A stretch of DNA of 63,177 nucleotides, filler included, from Neolecta irregularis DAH-3 (lineage: Eukaryota): the NCBI GenBank assembly GCA_001929475.1. It is 15 parts of 15 records of this genome, joined end to end, with 100 filler letters (N's around TTAATTAATTAA, not from the genome) between each part and the next. Parts side by side here need not be neighbours in the genome. Positions count along the whole stretch, not along the records: positions 22,827 to 32,983 come from LXFE01001459.1; positions 33,084 to 34,635 come from LXFE01001462.1; 13 more parts are not named here. The stretch is one strand, 5' to 3'. The notes under the pieces were generated by a model. That model did not search any database. It saw nothing but the letters and a program-made list of their open reading frames with translations, and was not told where the DNA came from. A program made the position numbers and the translations under genes. Every line of letters begins with the position of its first letter. Within the stretch, counting starts at the first letter, position 1. Shown one piece after another: positions 23,032 through 34,735 of this stretch.

Positions 23032-24305
23032 TGTCCGTGATGACTTTTCCACTGTCAACATAATTTTTTAGAGGGGAATACCTCTTGAATGATGAGGGCG
23101 TAGATACTTTTCGACCAGAAAGACCTCTGAAGATTTGCGAGACAACTTCGTATGTTGGCGCATCGTATGATTTTCGGAGCTTTTCAGAGTATTTTGCCTT
23201 AAACTCATCACTGATAATTAGAGTTTCTGTATATGGGAGATATATACTCTTCGAGATTAAGTTCAACCTCGATTTCTTCCTCTCGCTGGAACTGAGCTAC
23301 CAGAAATGGATACCGAGTCTGTCCTTGGCGCAAAGGAGGATCCAATCCAACGACAAAAATAACATGCATTTCATCTGGTTTAGGAAGAAGGAAAAGTTTT
23401 GCAATCGAATTATATGGAATTTTGTAGTCGTAGGTTTTTCCTCGAAGGCGCAGGGACGATGGATACATATCGACGTCGTATCGACCGCTGTATCCGATCA
23501 GTGACTGCATGAAGAATAAAATATACCGAGGAGTAACGAAAAGCAAATCCTGAAATGAAACGATGCTTTCACCTGCAACCTGGCCAATGTCTGCTTTATC
23601 TTTGATTGTCTCGTAAAAAAGCTGTTGCTGTTAGTTATCCATTCAGTACTCGATATTGATACGTTTGCTGCACTCATTTCTTCTTGATCATTCTGTTCAT
23701 CGCCGCTCCCTTTATCTGAACCCTCTTTGACCGCGGTGCCAGGTATATAAAATCTCATTTCCACTAATTGATCTACCTGCCCCGCCTTTTCTTTTGCGCC
23801 ATCTTTAGTTCCATCTCCCGGTAAGGAAAATTCCAATGCGACTTCGTTCTTTCCACTAAGATTCGCATTGGACAAGGTCGACAAGGGAATTTCAAAGGCT
23901 GGTTTTGAATTGACGTTGAATAGCAATTCTTGGCCGCTGAAATCAGTTTTGCCCCAGTTCCAGCCTTTGTAGGAATGTTCGCGTGTTTCAATTGTAACGT
24001 TGTAGTATGATTTCACGGGTTCTTTTAACGCGTCAATATCCTTTTTGTCAGCACAGATATCAATCGTCAAATACGTCGGCGTTGAATCCATCCAATCTCA
24101 CGAAATTTCCACTTTTTAATGTAAATTTTAATTCAAAGCCCCGGGCGGCCCGAGACCAGGTTGCTTTTCGTATATCCCCAGCGGCGACCGTAAATGGTTG
24201 ATCCGAACCTGGAGCTTTCCATCCCAACCCACTATCTGCAAGACGCAACCTTCCTTTTTTCTGAGACAAGTCCAGGTAGATATCTTCAAATTGGGTGACA
24301 GCCAT
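23032..24305 (-). CDS. POB3: FACT complex subunit Pob3/SSRP1 (3' end lost in gap)
   Basis: [58 protein letters not shown]. Confidence 0.97.
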
Positions 24306-24412
24306 TTAGATGAGGCACAAAAGGACGGGTAATCAATAACCAAATTTTAACGGTATGGAGGGAAGATCTAGAGGTTACAATCTCGGACGAAACAAATACA
24401 TTTGTTCTGGTA

Positions 24413-24944
24413 CACCTGGAAAACCGCGACACCTGGAAAATCCACCAGCCTCACCACCACCCTCAGTTGGCCGCCGGTAAAATTTCACCATTACCTTACT
24501 GAGCCATTTACAAAATGTAGGTGATCTTGAATTACAAAGCTACTCAACAGCAATCAATAGCAATATATACAAATCTCCTTCACACCTGGTTTACCAGCAC
24601 TACACTAACTATATCGTCAATCTCATTTCCTTCAGCCTTATCACCACCCACAGTTGGCCACCTGTAAAATTTCACCACTACCTCACTGAGTCATCTACAA
24701 AATGTAAGTGATCTTGAATTAGCTCCTCAATATCGATATGCAAATCTCCTTCACACCTTGTTTACCAGCGCTACACTTAGTATCTCGTCAATCTCATTCA
24801 AGGATCATGATTCTCAGCAACAGGCATGATGGGTGGATTTGATAAAACTCATGGAGTGGGCGTAGTATGGATAAAAATGGTGTGTGGCTGGTGGATTTAG
24901 TGGTGAGGCTGGTGGATTTTCCAGGTGTCGCGGTTTTCCAGGTG
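24413..24944. mobile_element. Tc1/mariner(pogo)-type MITE
   Basis: Perfect 45-bp TIRs (24413-24457 and 24900-24944), each with an internal cacctggaaaa doublet. TA on both flanks. ~180-bp internal direct duplication; no ORF. Confidence 0.93.
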
Positions 24945-25035
24945 TATCAGATCAGAACACATTGATATACGAAGAAATGGTCAGTGGAGTAATTAAATAT
25001 GATTATCTACATGATTACTTGATCTCTATGAAACC

Positions 25036-26101
25036 TTATGACGTTAGTCTGATGCCTGGCCCAACCGGCGTGGTAAACCGTTCAGCTTCTCCAGATCCAT
25101 AAATATCATGCAAATGAAACTCCCAGCTGAAGAGACTCGCCTTGAGTTTTCTTTCTAGCAGATTCTGCAGGGATCAGATATTGAGAATCAGATAACAATA
25201 TACCTTTTCCAGAATCTCCTTGAACTGTTGCTTCTTCAAAATCCGTAGGATTTCCCGCCTACCAGACCGCAAGTTTCTTAAAAAGGTTCCAATATTGGGC
25301 AAAGATATCGCGTAAGATCCAGGAAAAGTGTGATCGAGTGTCAACAATCCCTTGGAACAAAGGGTTGAGATATTAGTTTTGGTTAGCTCGCTATTTTGAC
25401 CATTTGTGATTCTGACGCCGGTAAATACACCATTCTTTTCAAATAAAACCTTTTCAAAATTCTCTATAGAGACGATCAGTATTTTGTGATGGAAAGTGGA
25501 TTTACATACCCACGGCTCCAGATATCTCACTTTCGCTTGCTTTCAGTTTCTCCAAGATTCCTTTAAAGTCTTGAGCCAACATGAGGGCAAAGTCCCCTTC
25601 ATTCCTTCCGTGGAACATGATCCTCTGCAAATATCCTTTTTCGCAAATATCCGCCAACTCTCGATCAACCTGAGTATGGTTGGTGGTACACAACGAATGA
25701 AGCTGATGTAATAAAATAACCCGAGGAATCGCCTATTCGTATAAGGTCGTAGAAAAAAAAGAGGCGAATACTGCTTGAGCAGCGTACAGTTCAGCAATCT
25801 TATTGCGATGCATTTTATCCATTTCTATAGGTGTAAACATTTTTTCGCAAAGATATTTAATTCCGGTGAGCGCGTCTGGAATTATATAATCCGTCTCTTC
25901 ATGTTCAGTCCTATTGATTACATGAAACATACCGAATGGTACATTTGTGGCAATGATGTCTAATTTGTGTTGTGTGGACGACCTTGATACAAATGGTGGT
26001 GTTTTTACAGGTGATGTGATACCTTTCTTGAAGGATGATTTCGATGGCCGTTTATTTATTCGAGATGTTGGAGCTGCTGTGAATGAGAGGTGGTTTGGCA
26101 T
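25036..26101 (-). CDS. STK19-like winged-helix protein
   Basis: YAISLPNIGTFLRNLRSGRREILRILKKQQFKEIL and C-terminal WEFHLHDIYGSGEAERFTTPVGPGIRL resemble the STK19 family. Short introns. Confidence 0.7.
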
Positions 26102-26798
26102 ACAACGGAGTTCGTGGTTAGACCACAGGCTTGATGTAATTCCCCATCAAAATAGACAATTGTGTCATTGATTAATTAACAGCCAGTCGATATCTTTAGG
26201 CAATCTTGACGTGAATTTTGTTCATACCTTTATGCCGCTTTTCCATCCCAGTATGTATTGAAGATATTCACCTAGCTTAGCTTCCCTGATTATCTCAAGT
26301 CGGGGCTCTTGCTTAGCGATACTTTTACCCTTTTTGTGAAGATATCACAATCAGTGTGGCCAACATCCTGCCCGCAGGAGGCGGTGACTTGCCACCTGCC
26401 TTTACACCCTGTCTTCCTATTTAGAGCACTTGTCTTTCAATCCTCCAATGATTGCAGGTTTGACAATTTCCTGTGAGTCAATTGAAGCTGGTAAATATTT
26501 GGTAGTTGGTAATGAAGATGGTGTTGATGAAGATGAAAGTTGTTGCTCTAGTGGGGCGAAAAAGTGCTCCATTGAGATATTAGTGGGCAGGATTTTCAAG
26601 CTGTGCAGACAGCTGTAACCTTTATTTGACTTGAAGTCAAATTTGAAACAATATACCATGCTATACACTTTATCCTTCTGTTCCTTTTATCCAACCCGCC
26701 CACCACCCAATGGCAGTTGGCCACACTATCGGGCATAATGGCCTGATGGCTTCTTGGCTGCTACAGATATTCCTCAAAACACGGGGAAGATATCAATA

Positions 26799-26884
26799 GG
26801 GGACATAGCTCAGGGGTAGAGCGCACGCTTTGCATCCTTCAATATGCCTGCGTGAAGTCTGGGGTTCGAGACCCCATGTCTCCA
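26799..26884 (+). tRNA. tRNA-Ala(TGC) with 14-nt intron (26835-26848)
   Basis: Acceptor stem GGGGACA/TGTCTCC with G3:U70. D-arm GCTCAGGGGTAGAGC. Anticodon stem CACGC/GCGTG with TGC at 26831-26833. T-loop GGTTCGAGACC. Downstream T5 run. Confidence 0.95.
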
Positions 26885-27281
26885 AGATTCTTCATTTTTC
26901 TCCCCCGACACTCATAGCCACAATTACATCAATAGCCTTATTATCCTCTAACATGGTCTTATATCTCACGTCTAGATGAATAACTCTATTAGTCAAATAC
27001 CCTACAGTCGAATCTGCTTATAGCGAATGTGGCGTTCTCTCCAAGCTGTTAAAATTGTTATAAGACAGATTCGTTCTATCATGATAGAGAAATACCTCAT
27101 ACTAAGTAATTTTGGAAATTAGTTGGTTAGGTTCGTTATAATGAGGAATTTATTGTACGCAGGTTCCCTGTCGCCAGGTTCGACTGTAGCCCTACATATA
27201 ATCTCCTATTATCTTTTATAGCTCTATGAAAATGTATATCCTACCCTTCATATAATCTTTTATGAAATAAATAACTCGCGC

Positions 27282-28118
27282 TCATTCTACCAATACCAAC
27301 TGGACATTTGTCTTTTGAAGGGGAGGTTGATTAACCGACAGTGAAAAATCTCTGCTTGAAGCGGTGTGCTCAGGTGGATGAGATCTTCTCTCGACAAGAC
27401 CCAGCCTTTCGATTCCAACACCTCGATGACCGAGGATGATCCAAAAGCCAAAGACTGGTTTCGCAAGGAGATCTAGGATATCGTAGAATACGGTTTTATT
27501 GTGTGGAATTGTAGTATTTTCTGCTTGTGATAAGCCCCAGGCGATTGGGTACGAGGACCAGATCATCGCGGTCCAGATTGCGATCCCGATGAACAGACGA
27601 TGGACATCCTTGCCGATCAGTCTAGCCGAACTGCGTGCAATAAAGACGAGGTGGTGGACGATGTACAAGAAGGCGGCCATTCTGTAAGGGGTTGGTGTGT
27701 AAACGAGCAGGGAAGGCTACCCGATGGCCCAGTAGCCCCATTTGGAGGAGTTTCTGGACAAGGCGCCGAATAGTCCAGTGAAGACCATGACCTCGTCCAA
27801 AAAGACTACAAAGAGGATGGTGCTCCAGGGTAGGCCACTTAAGAGGAGAAGGTCGAGCAAGAGCAGCGGGGTTGTCACGAACCAGTCGATGTATCTCGTA
27901 TAAAAGACGTGACGGGTATAGGACTCCGATGCGTATCCGGGGCTGGCCGTGGAGGTTAGGTAGAGCAAAGAGACTGTGGCGGAGATGGCGATGGTGCAGC
28001 AGTAGAAAAAGCGACTGCGGGTGGTGGTGAGGGTCATGCTGGGAGCGGGGAACCCAAGCGAGCGATGGAGACCGGTAATTGTTTCGGATAGCCAGCACTT
28101 CTGCCAGCGCGCGGCCAA
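27282..28118 (-). CDS. Fungal microbial rhodopsin/opsin (DTD-type), N-terminus degenerate or uncertain
   Basis: Helix C YTRYIDWFVTTPLLLLDL and helix G FYDILDLLAKPVFG. Intron ~27683-27721. No clean ATG or helix A. Confidence 0.8.
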
Positions 28119-30305
28119 ACAAAAAGATTCGGCCGTCGGGCAGAGCGGTAGGAGGCGAGCGGGGCGCCCGCAGTTTGCAATCGGGCCCTATGACGTCATC
28201 CGGGGATTCCGCTGCTGTGGCGCTAATGCAGGTGTGGCGTGACGTCGATGTCGACACGTGTTCTGCCCTGCAAGCATCCTCGATGTCTCTGCTGTACTAT
28301 GAGGATAGGGACTATGTATTGTCGTGTTGCATGCAAAAACCATTAGAGGACTTGCAAAGCAGCACTATCAGATGGAGATTCAGGTCGTCTGATCCTTGGA
28401 AACAGGGTCCGATTTCATGGCGAAGACGACGATACCACACACAAGAGTCTGCAAACACTCGACTTGCCCCATTCGCAACCAACAAGAACTCGTGGGTGTC
28501 CAGTGCTTCGATCTATCCCAGCAATACTCTCTAACACACTATAACACGCAGCTCTTTACCCAAATATACATACCCATCATCATTAGAGACTTACAGTGAG
28601 CAGTCAGTGAGCAATCAGCTGGGTAGCGTAAACTGCAATTCAATCTCTTCTAAGAGGAGTCCAGTCAATACTCGTATCGACCCCTCGTCTTCCATTCCAC
28701 TAGTTTAGTAACAATCCCATCGTTGGCATTGTGTAGACAGCCTTCTCTTACTCTGGGAAAACTCTAAAATATTTCCTATGACATAACGGGCACCCACACC
28801 GAATATACCCTTAATAAAAAGTCTCGTGGTCAATTCATTCAAATTTTGTCCACTAAAAGCAAATCAGGGCTGCAAGCCTCATCTGTCGACATTTTACTGT
28901 TTTACATGCTAACGCACACGTACAATTCCCAATGAGCAGATATTGCACATCCTCGAATCGACAGAAACTAGTCAATTTTCGTAAAAGTGCGGTCAGATAT
29001 CTGTGTTCAGAAGGAGCAAATTAAACTTTGTCTTTTGCGCTAGTCTCTGAAAGGCCAAAAAAACCTTTACTCGAGAGATATAATTCAGTGCGTGTCGAAC
29101 TTGATCCCAGCCGATAGCGGCTTTCGTTTGCCTGCAGGGGCTTAAATTAACCGGGGATATTTCTGAATCAATATAGTAGTTGACGGTGCTGTATCCTGGG
29201 TGATTGCACACTATTAGCAAACAACCAGAATCCTAGAATACGATCGAGCACCTTACAGAGGTCAAAACTAGCGCAGGTGTCCTACTTGAAAAGCGATTCT
29301 GTTTCGTTAGCCAATTGCTATTGACAAGATTGGAATAGGCGATTTTACTCAAATAATCCGCAAGCTCCGATAATCTCTTTTTCCTTTCTACCAAAGATTT
29401 CGAAAAGAATATTTCCTCACAGAAAGATTGCTCGCATTTTGCTAGTACAAAATCCACCGTGTCGAGGAACCAAGGCACGATATGGACAGGGGATGACTCT
29501 GTCACACAACTTGATATCTGTGAGAGTCGATCTAGAACACTACAGCGAGGGCGAGGTATTGTGGCGATTATGCCCATCAATCGAAAAAACACCCTTTTTC
29601 GAAGGCGTGCATGGATATGCGTTTCATGAGCGCTTCAGTCCATCCGCAGTAGCCTTCCAACCACACTTTACATCAAAAGGTCTGCTTGCAGAGCTCAGGG
29701 AATATGCGAATTGAAAATTGCTCCTTTCAATCGATTCAGCAGCAATAGTACTCTACCGGCCGCTTTAGCCCCCAGATCAACGAGAAACGGATCTCCATTG
29801 TTTCTAGACTCTTTGGTGCACATAGTGTGTCGTTGTCAACCCAGAAGGTCGGTTTGCAAAGAATCACACTAGTGTTTTCAATTCACATCCGCCTTTCAAT
29901 TGGACACATCGGACAGGATTACAGGCGAAAACGGGGCAAGGCGATCTGTGCTGTCATTAGTCGTGGCTCTGGCTCTCCTGCAACTTGGTTTGGTTCAAAA
30001 AGGCACCGGTTCTCCGACTATTCAACCATATTCAGCATCGTATTGTTTTGCGGAAAGTTCCTATAAGTTCGTCTGGGGTCCAAGGTTTTCGCCAGAATAA
30101 CACTTTTCGTAGATCGTTTCATCGGCTCCGGATCAAAGATCTCAGGTCTTTTTTCCCCTCATCAATACTTCGTTATCGTAGACATATAGCTAAAAGTCTC
30201 GAGCTTGGATTCGATAATCATCCATTCAATCTCGACTTTCCACAGACTCCCAAATCCCCTTTGAATCGGTTGTCGGCGAGATTCGTACCCTCCCTTTCCG
30301 CTATA

Positions 30306-31545
30306 ATGGAAACAGAAACAAAAGCCTCGACAGTAACTCAGATATCTCTACCAATTGCTTCAATCAGTGCCCCGTCTACGGCGTACATTTCATCCTGTGA
30401 AGTCACCAGTCCGGCTACAAGTACGACTGATGGCCCATCTACATTGATGTTTAACAATGTGTGTATAAAAATCATTTTTTGTAACAAACGCTGACATTTT
30501 CAGCTTCCTTATAAAGTTCGCTGGCAAGATTTGAAAGATCTTGTCCGAAAACAAGTAGAAGTAATTCGAGCAGATGTCGCTATGAATGCAGACAATCGTT
30601 CTCGAGGGTACGGAACGGTTATGGTTCCAAGCGCAGAAGATGCTCAGAAAGTCATTCGTGAGTTTTCCCCGAGTAATGGAACAAGATTTAACTGGACAGA
30701 GTTTTTTCATCGATATGAATGGCAAGGCCGGCTACTCGAAGTTCGCGAAGCCGTGTTTAGTCCAGAAGGTATAATCCCGCCAAGTTTCTCCCTTCCTCCT
30801 CTCCCACACACAAGTCCGTTCCCACAAAGTGTTTATGCGAGTCTCCAACAAGGTCTGGCAGCAAATGGACTGGTAGCTAATCCTGCAATGGGAGTGGGAA
30901 TGGTATGTTGTGTCGTTGACGGATTGTTCAAGGGCTGATTGTTTGTCTTCAGGCGGCCCAATCACAGGTTCTGCCTATTTCTTACGGCGGAGCTCGTCAA
31001 GTCTTTATCGGGAATGTACGCACCACCAATCCCCCTCAAAAACTGACCGTTTCTAAAGATTCCATTTTCTTCGCAGTGGCAGGATCTCAAGGATGTCCTT
31101 CGACAGGACGGCTCGAGAGTTCTCCGGGTCGAAATCAACCTAGACGCAGACGGCCGTTCCAAAGGGCACGGAACTGCTCTTTACGCAACCGAACAGGACG
31201 CCTTTAATGCAATCAATAGATTCAACGGATACAAAATGGAAGGACGAGAACTTCGGGTCCGTTTCGACAGGTTTCTTCATCCTCTGCAGGCAGCTGCAAC
31301 AAGTACTCAACCCGGAATGACCCCGTTCTTTCCGGTACACCCGTCCCCGGTTCTTTCATTCTAAAGTCTAGTTTAGCTCTATTCACCCTGGTCCTGCCCC
31401 TCTTAATTATACACCAACTCCGCCCATGCATTGGTATCCGGCTATGCCAAATCAGCCTCCGGTTTCACCCCAACATCAGCAATGGTCGTTACACCCCCAA
31501 CATTTAAACTATAGTCCTCCTCAAAATATGCATGTTCGCCGATGA
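30306..31545 (+). CDS. Two-RRM RNA-binding protein (Gbp2/Hrb1-like RRMs)
   Basis: NNLPYKVRWQDLKDL...RSRGYGTV...EWQGRLLEVRE and QVFIGNIPFSSQWQDLKDV...GRSKGHGT...FNGYKMEGRELRVRFDRF. Several short introns. Confidence 0.88.
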
Positions 31546-33083
31546 CCCTTTAAGGTATCAAAAATATCTTCAATCACATTTTTTGTACCAACTCTTTAGA
31601 TGACTAATAATTATACCCATGTTAAGTGTTCAACAACCCGCAAAAAACTTCTTTAGAAATCAGCCATTTATTCCTTACCTTGTTTATTCCTCAAATTTTT
31701 GTCAGAGTGCGTGGGTGTGCAGGTGGACGGATAGGATGTCTTTGTGGACGGATAGGATGGGTTCGGAGTAGGATAACGTTGACTTGTTCCATTTCATTTC
31801 CCTCCTGTTTTGATTGAACGTGTTCGTCTCAAGGGGCACTCTTTGTTCAAACTATCATTCACGCTCGAATACCACGAGTTAATCTCATAGATAGATAAAC
31901 AAACCTTGACCCGAACGAAATATAGTATATTTCATTCATATTGCATTTCTCGAGGACTCATCAATGAAATTCACCTCAAAGATATGGCGAACCCTAGTAA
32001 CTCGCCATGGATATCTTACAACACTGGATATGATGATGTAGTTCAAATGATCTATCGGGGTTCGGCACAGTGCTATAAAAGAGTTGCAGAGTTCTGAGGT
32101 TGGTACACCACGCTCGCGTTTCGATTCGTGTTTTCAAACATTGCAAACACTTGTTAGCAAAAAGGCGAGTCTAGTGTAAATTATAGTGTCCATGCTGGTT
32201 AGACGAAACCGGATGCCGAACCCTTGGTGTTGAAATGCAATGGCAAACATTGCTATAGATAGTAACCCTAGTTCCCTAAAACGGTACTCATGAGTCTTGT
32301 CATCTCAAGGCTATCGTTGAATGATATATCGTTTGGTTGGACATGGTAAGCATGAGATGCTTGGACAGTTATGATGACAAGGTTAGTGCGCGCGTGACTC
32401 TGTTTTGCTGTGGTGAAAGACATAAAAGCAGACGACAGTTTTAACCCAAGGACACCGAGATGGAGTCTTCTGCTAGCAAAAGTGTCANNNNNNNNNNCTG
32501 AGATGCTTGTACAGTTATGATGACAAGGTTAGTGCGCGCGTGACTCTGTTTTGCTGTGGTGAAAGATATAAAAGCAGACGACAGTTTTAACCCAAGGACA
32601 CCGAGATGGAGTCTTCTGCTAGCAAAAGTGTCAAATGGCGAATGCTGTCTACTGTAAACCAAACGTTGGGGAAAACGTTTGAAGTTGAAAAGCAGCGAAG
32701 GGTGTATTGCCGTCTAGTTTGGGAGCGTCCCATTGCAAGAGCCTTTTTTAGTATTTCGTTTGATTCAAAAAATCAAGCCTTGACATCATACACATGCTTC
32801 TTCAACTTGCTTTGGTGCAGAAGCCATAAAACTGAACTACTTGCCTCGAAGGTATTGTGAATCTGTGGCACCAATCGTGTCGATCAATTTCGCCAAACTA
32901 TCTTATTCCTTGCAGCCCCTATTTCTTGGCTCAATTGCGTTGTTGAGCATCTTATATAGCATTAACATACACTAATCATTCTCNNNNNNNNNNNNNNNNN
33001 NNNNNNNNNNNNNNNNNNNNNNNNNNNTTAATTAATTAANNNNNNNNNNNNNNNNNNNNNNNNNNNNNNNNNNNNNNNNNNNN

Positions 33084-33479
33084 CAGTGACATGGAAAAGG
33101 CTCTGCTTGCATCCTCTTACTCGCCTACTCGCTTCCTCTCACTCTCTTGCCTATTACTGCCCCGCCCTCCTCGCCCGCTATCGCCTGTCCTCCTCGCCTG
33201 TTACTGGTCCCCCTCCTCGCTCGTTACCGCCCCGCACTCTGGCCTGTTATCGCCAGTTATCACCTGCCCTCCTTGCCTGCAATCACCCACCCACCTCGCC
33301 CGTTATTACTACCCTCCTGGTCCGTTATCGTCCCTGCCCTCTCACCTGTTACTGCCCGCCCTCCTCACCCATTGTAGCTTAAACAGTCAAGTCTATCAAG
33401 TCCAAACAAGTAAGTCTAGGTTTTTGGACTTACTTACTTGCTAATTTTTGTCCGCCGGACTTACTTGTTAGCAAGTCTG
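33084..33479. mobile_element. Probable non-autonomous DNA transposon end (hAT-like)
   Basis: Subterminal caagtaagtc/gacttacttg motifs in both orientations. Terminus reads CAGACTTGCTAACAAGTAAGTC on the minus strand. C-rich degenerate internal repeats. The other end lies in the gap. Confidence 0.5.
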
Positions 33480-33489
33480 CATGCATTCG

Positions 33490-33869
33490 ATCAGGTTAAT
33501 GATATGATATTGGAATCCTTGCATTCATAGAATCGCACGTCGTCATCATGTGTAACCTGGTTGTTCACAATATCAAAACCGTAGCAGTCACAGTTTTGAG
33601 CACTATAAATCAAATGACCCTGTCCGTCATGTTTCATGAAAATATTTTCCCAGTAATCCATTAAGATTCCACCTACCAATGTCCATACGGTCGTCGAAAG
33701 CGAGGACTGAGCTACGAGGTTGTTGTTGCCAACCTTATTCAAGTAGAAAATTCATTCACCAGTGATTTTAAATCGCAAGACTTTGTCGGAACCTGAAGAT
33801 GCAGATGCAGATGCAGGTTCTGCAACAGAGCGTCAAAGCGAAGCCGGTCAGGATAGCGAGAAAATTCAT
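33490..33869 (-). pseudogene. Pseudogenised tandem copy of the secreted gene at 33942-34635
   Basis: Highly similar to 34290-34580. Signal peptide MNFLAILTGFAL is out of frame with the body, GGA is changed to TGA, and the copy is truncated next to the TE end. Confidence 0.8.
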
Positions 33870-33941
33870 CGATTATAGATTAGGTGAGCATGACAGTGAT
33901 TTTATACGTTTCCTCATGGCTATTTTATCAGCTATATAACC

Positions 33942-34635
33942 CTATATTTCCTGAAGGGTGACTATTGAATAGGCTGATTTCGGGATATTTGCATCTAGCC
34001 TCATGTGCAAACCCTCCCTTTTATCCATGAGAGATGTATGACACGATTCCGGGAGTATAATTGATAAAGATTTACGTAATATATTTGTGTGGTACTCCAT
34101 ATTATGCCTGGAAAGGTTAGAATCAATTACATGAAATATTGAGATCAATGTGTCCTTGACCACAGGTATACTATAATGATCTCCATCTGTGCAAATTAGA
34201 ATTTTACTTTCTGTCAGCTCAAAGTCGGGGTTTTGCACATAACATCACTCGCTTCAATCGTACCCCATGTTGGACATGCGTTCGACCAAATTAACGATAT
34301 GATATTGGAATCCTTGCATTCATAGAATCGCACGTCGCCATCATGTCTAAGCTGGTTGTGCACAAAATCAAAACCGTAGTAGTCACAGCGATCAGCACTA
34401 TAAATCAATTGACCCTGTCCGTCATGTTTCATGCAAATATTTTCCCCGTAACCTATTAAGATTCTACCCACCAATGTCCATTGGGTCGTCGGGGATGAGG
34501 ACTGAGCTACGAGATTTTTGTTACCACCCTTATTCAAGGCGAAAATTCCTCCACCGGTGTTTTTAAATCGCAAGACTTTCACGGAAGATGCAACTGCAGT
34601 TCCAGGTCCAGATGCAATTGCAGGTGATGGGGTTG
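33942..34635 (-). CDS. Secreted cell-wall-type protein (PIR1 C-terminal-like Cys domain), possible second exon; 5' end in gap
   Basis: ICMKHDGQGQLIY...GFDFVHNQLRHDGDVRFYECKDSNII...C. A phase-1 gtacga..ctaat..cag intron would join ORF 33942..34238 in frame. Confidence 0.5.
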
Positions 34636-34735
34636 NNNNNNNNNNNNNNNNNNNNNNNNNNNNNNNNNNNNNNNNNNNNTTAATTAATTAANNNNNNNNN
34701 NNNNNNNNNNNNNNNNNNNNNNNNNNNNNNNNNNN

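Noticed and set aside
26190..26780. Possible TE relic with a GHYAR*C zinc-knuckle-like trace upstream of the tRNA
   Set aside because: Too degenerate to support a call.
28800..29840. Possible minus-strand gene (ORFs 28993..29220, 29233..29592)
   Set aside because: No recognisable motif or consistent exon chain.
32353..32633. ~135-bp direct repeat on both sides of a ~10-N gap
   Set aside because: Near-identical copies abutting a small gap are typical of unmerged contig overlaps or alleles.
31550..32983. Long non-coding stretch with TAACCCTAG near 32263, considered as a telomerase RNA candidate
   Set aside because: Imperfect template match, and I could not establish a pseudoknot or CR4/5. 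Would need a covariance search or RNA evidence.
33086..33444. Pro/Leu-rich ORFs here and at 54534-55067 and 55594-55984
   Set aside because: Stop-poor low-complexity repeat DNA, open in several frames, with no domain signal.
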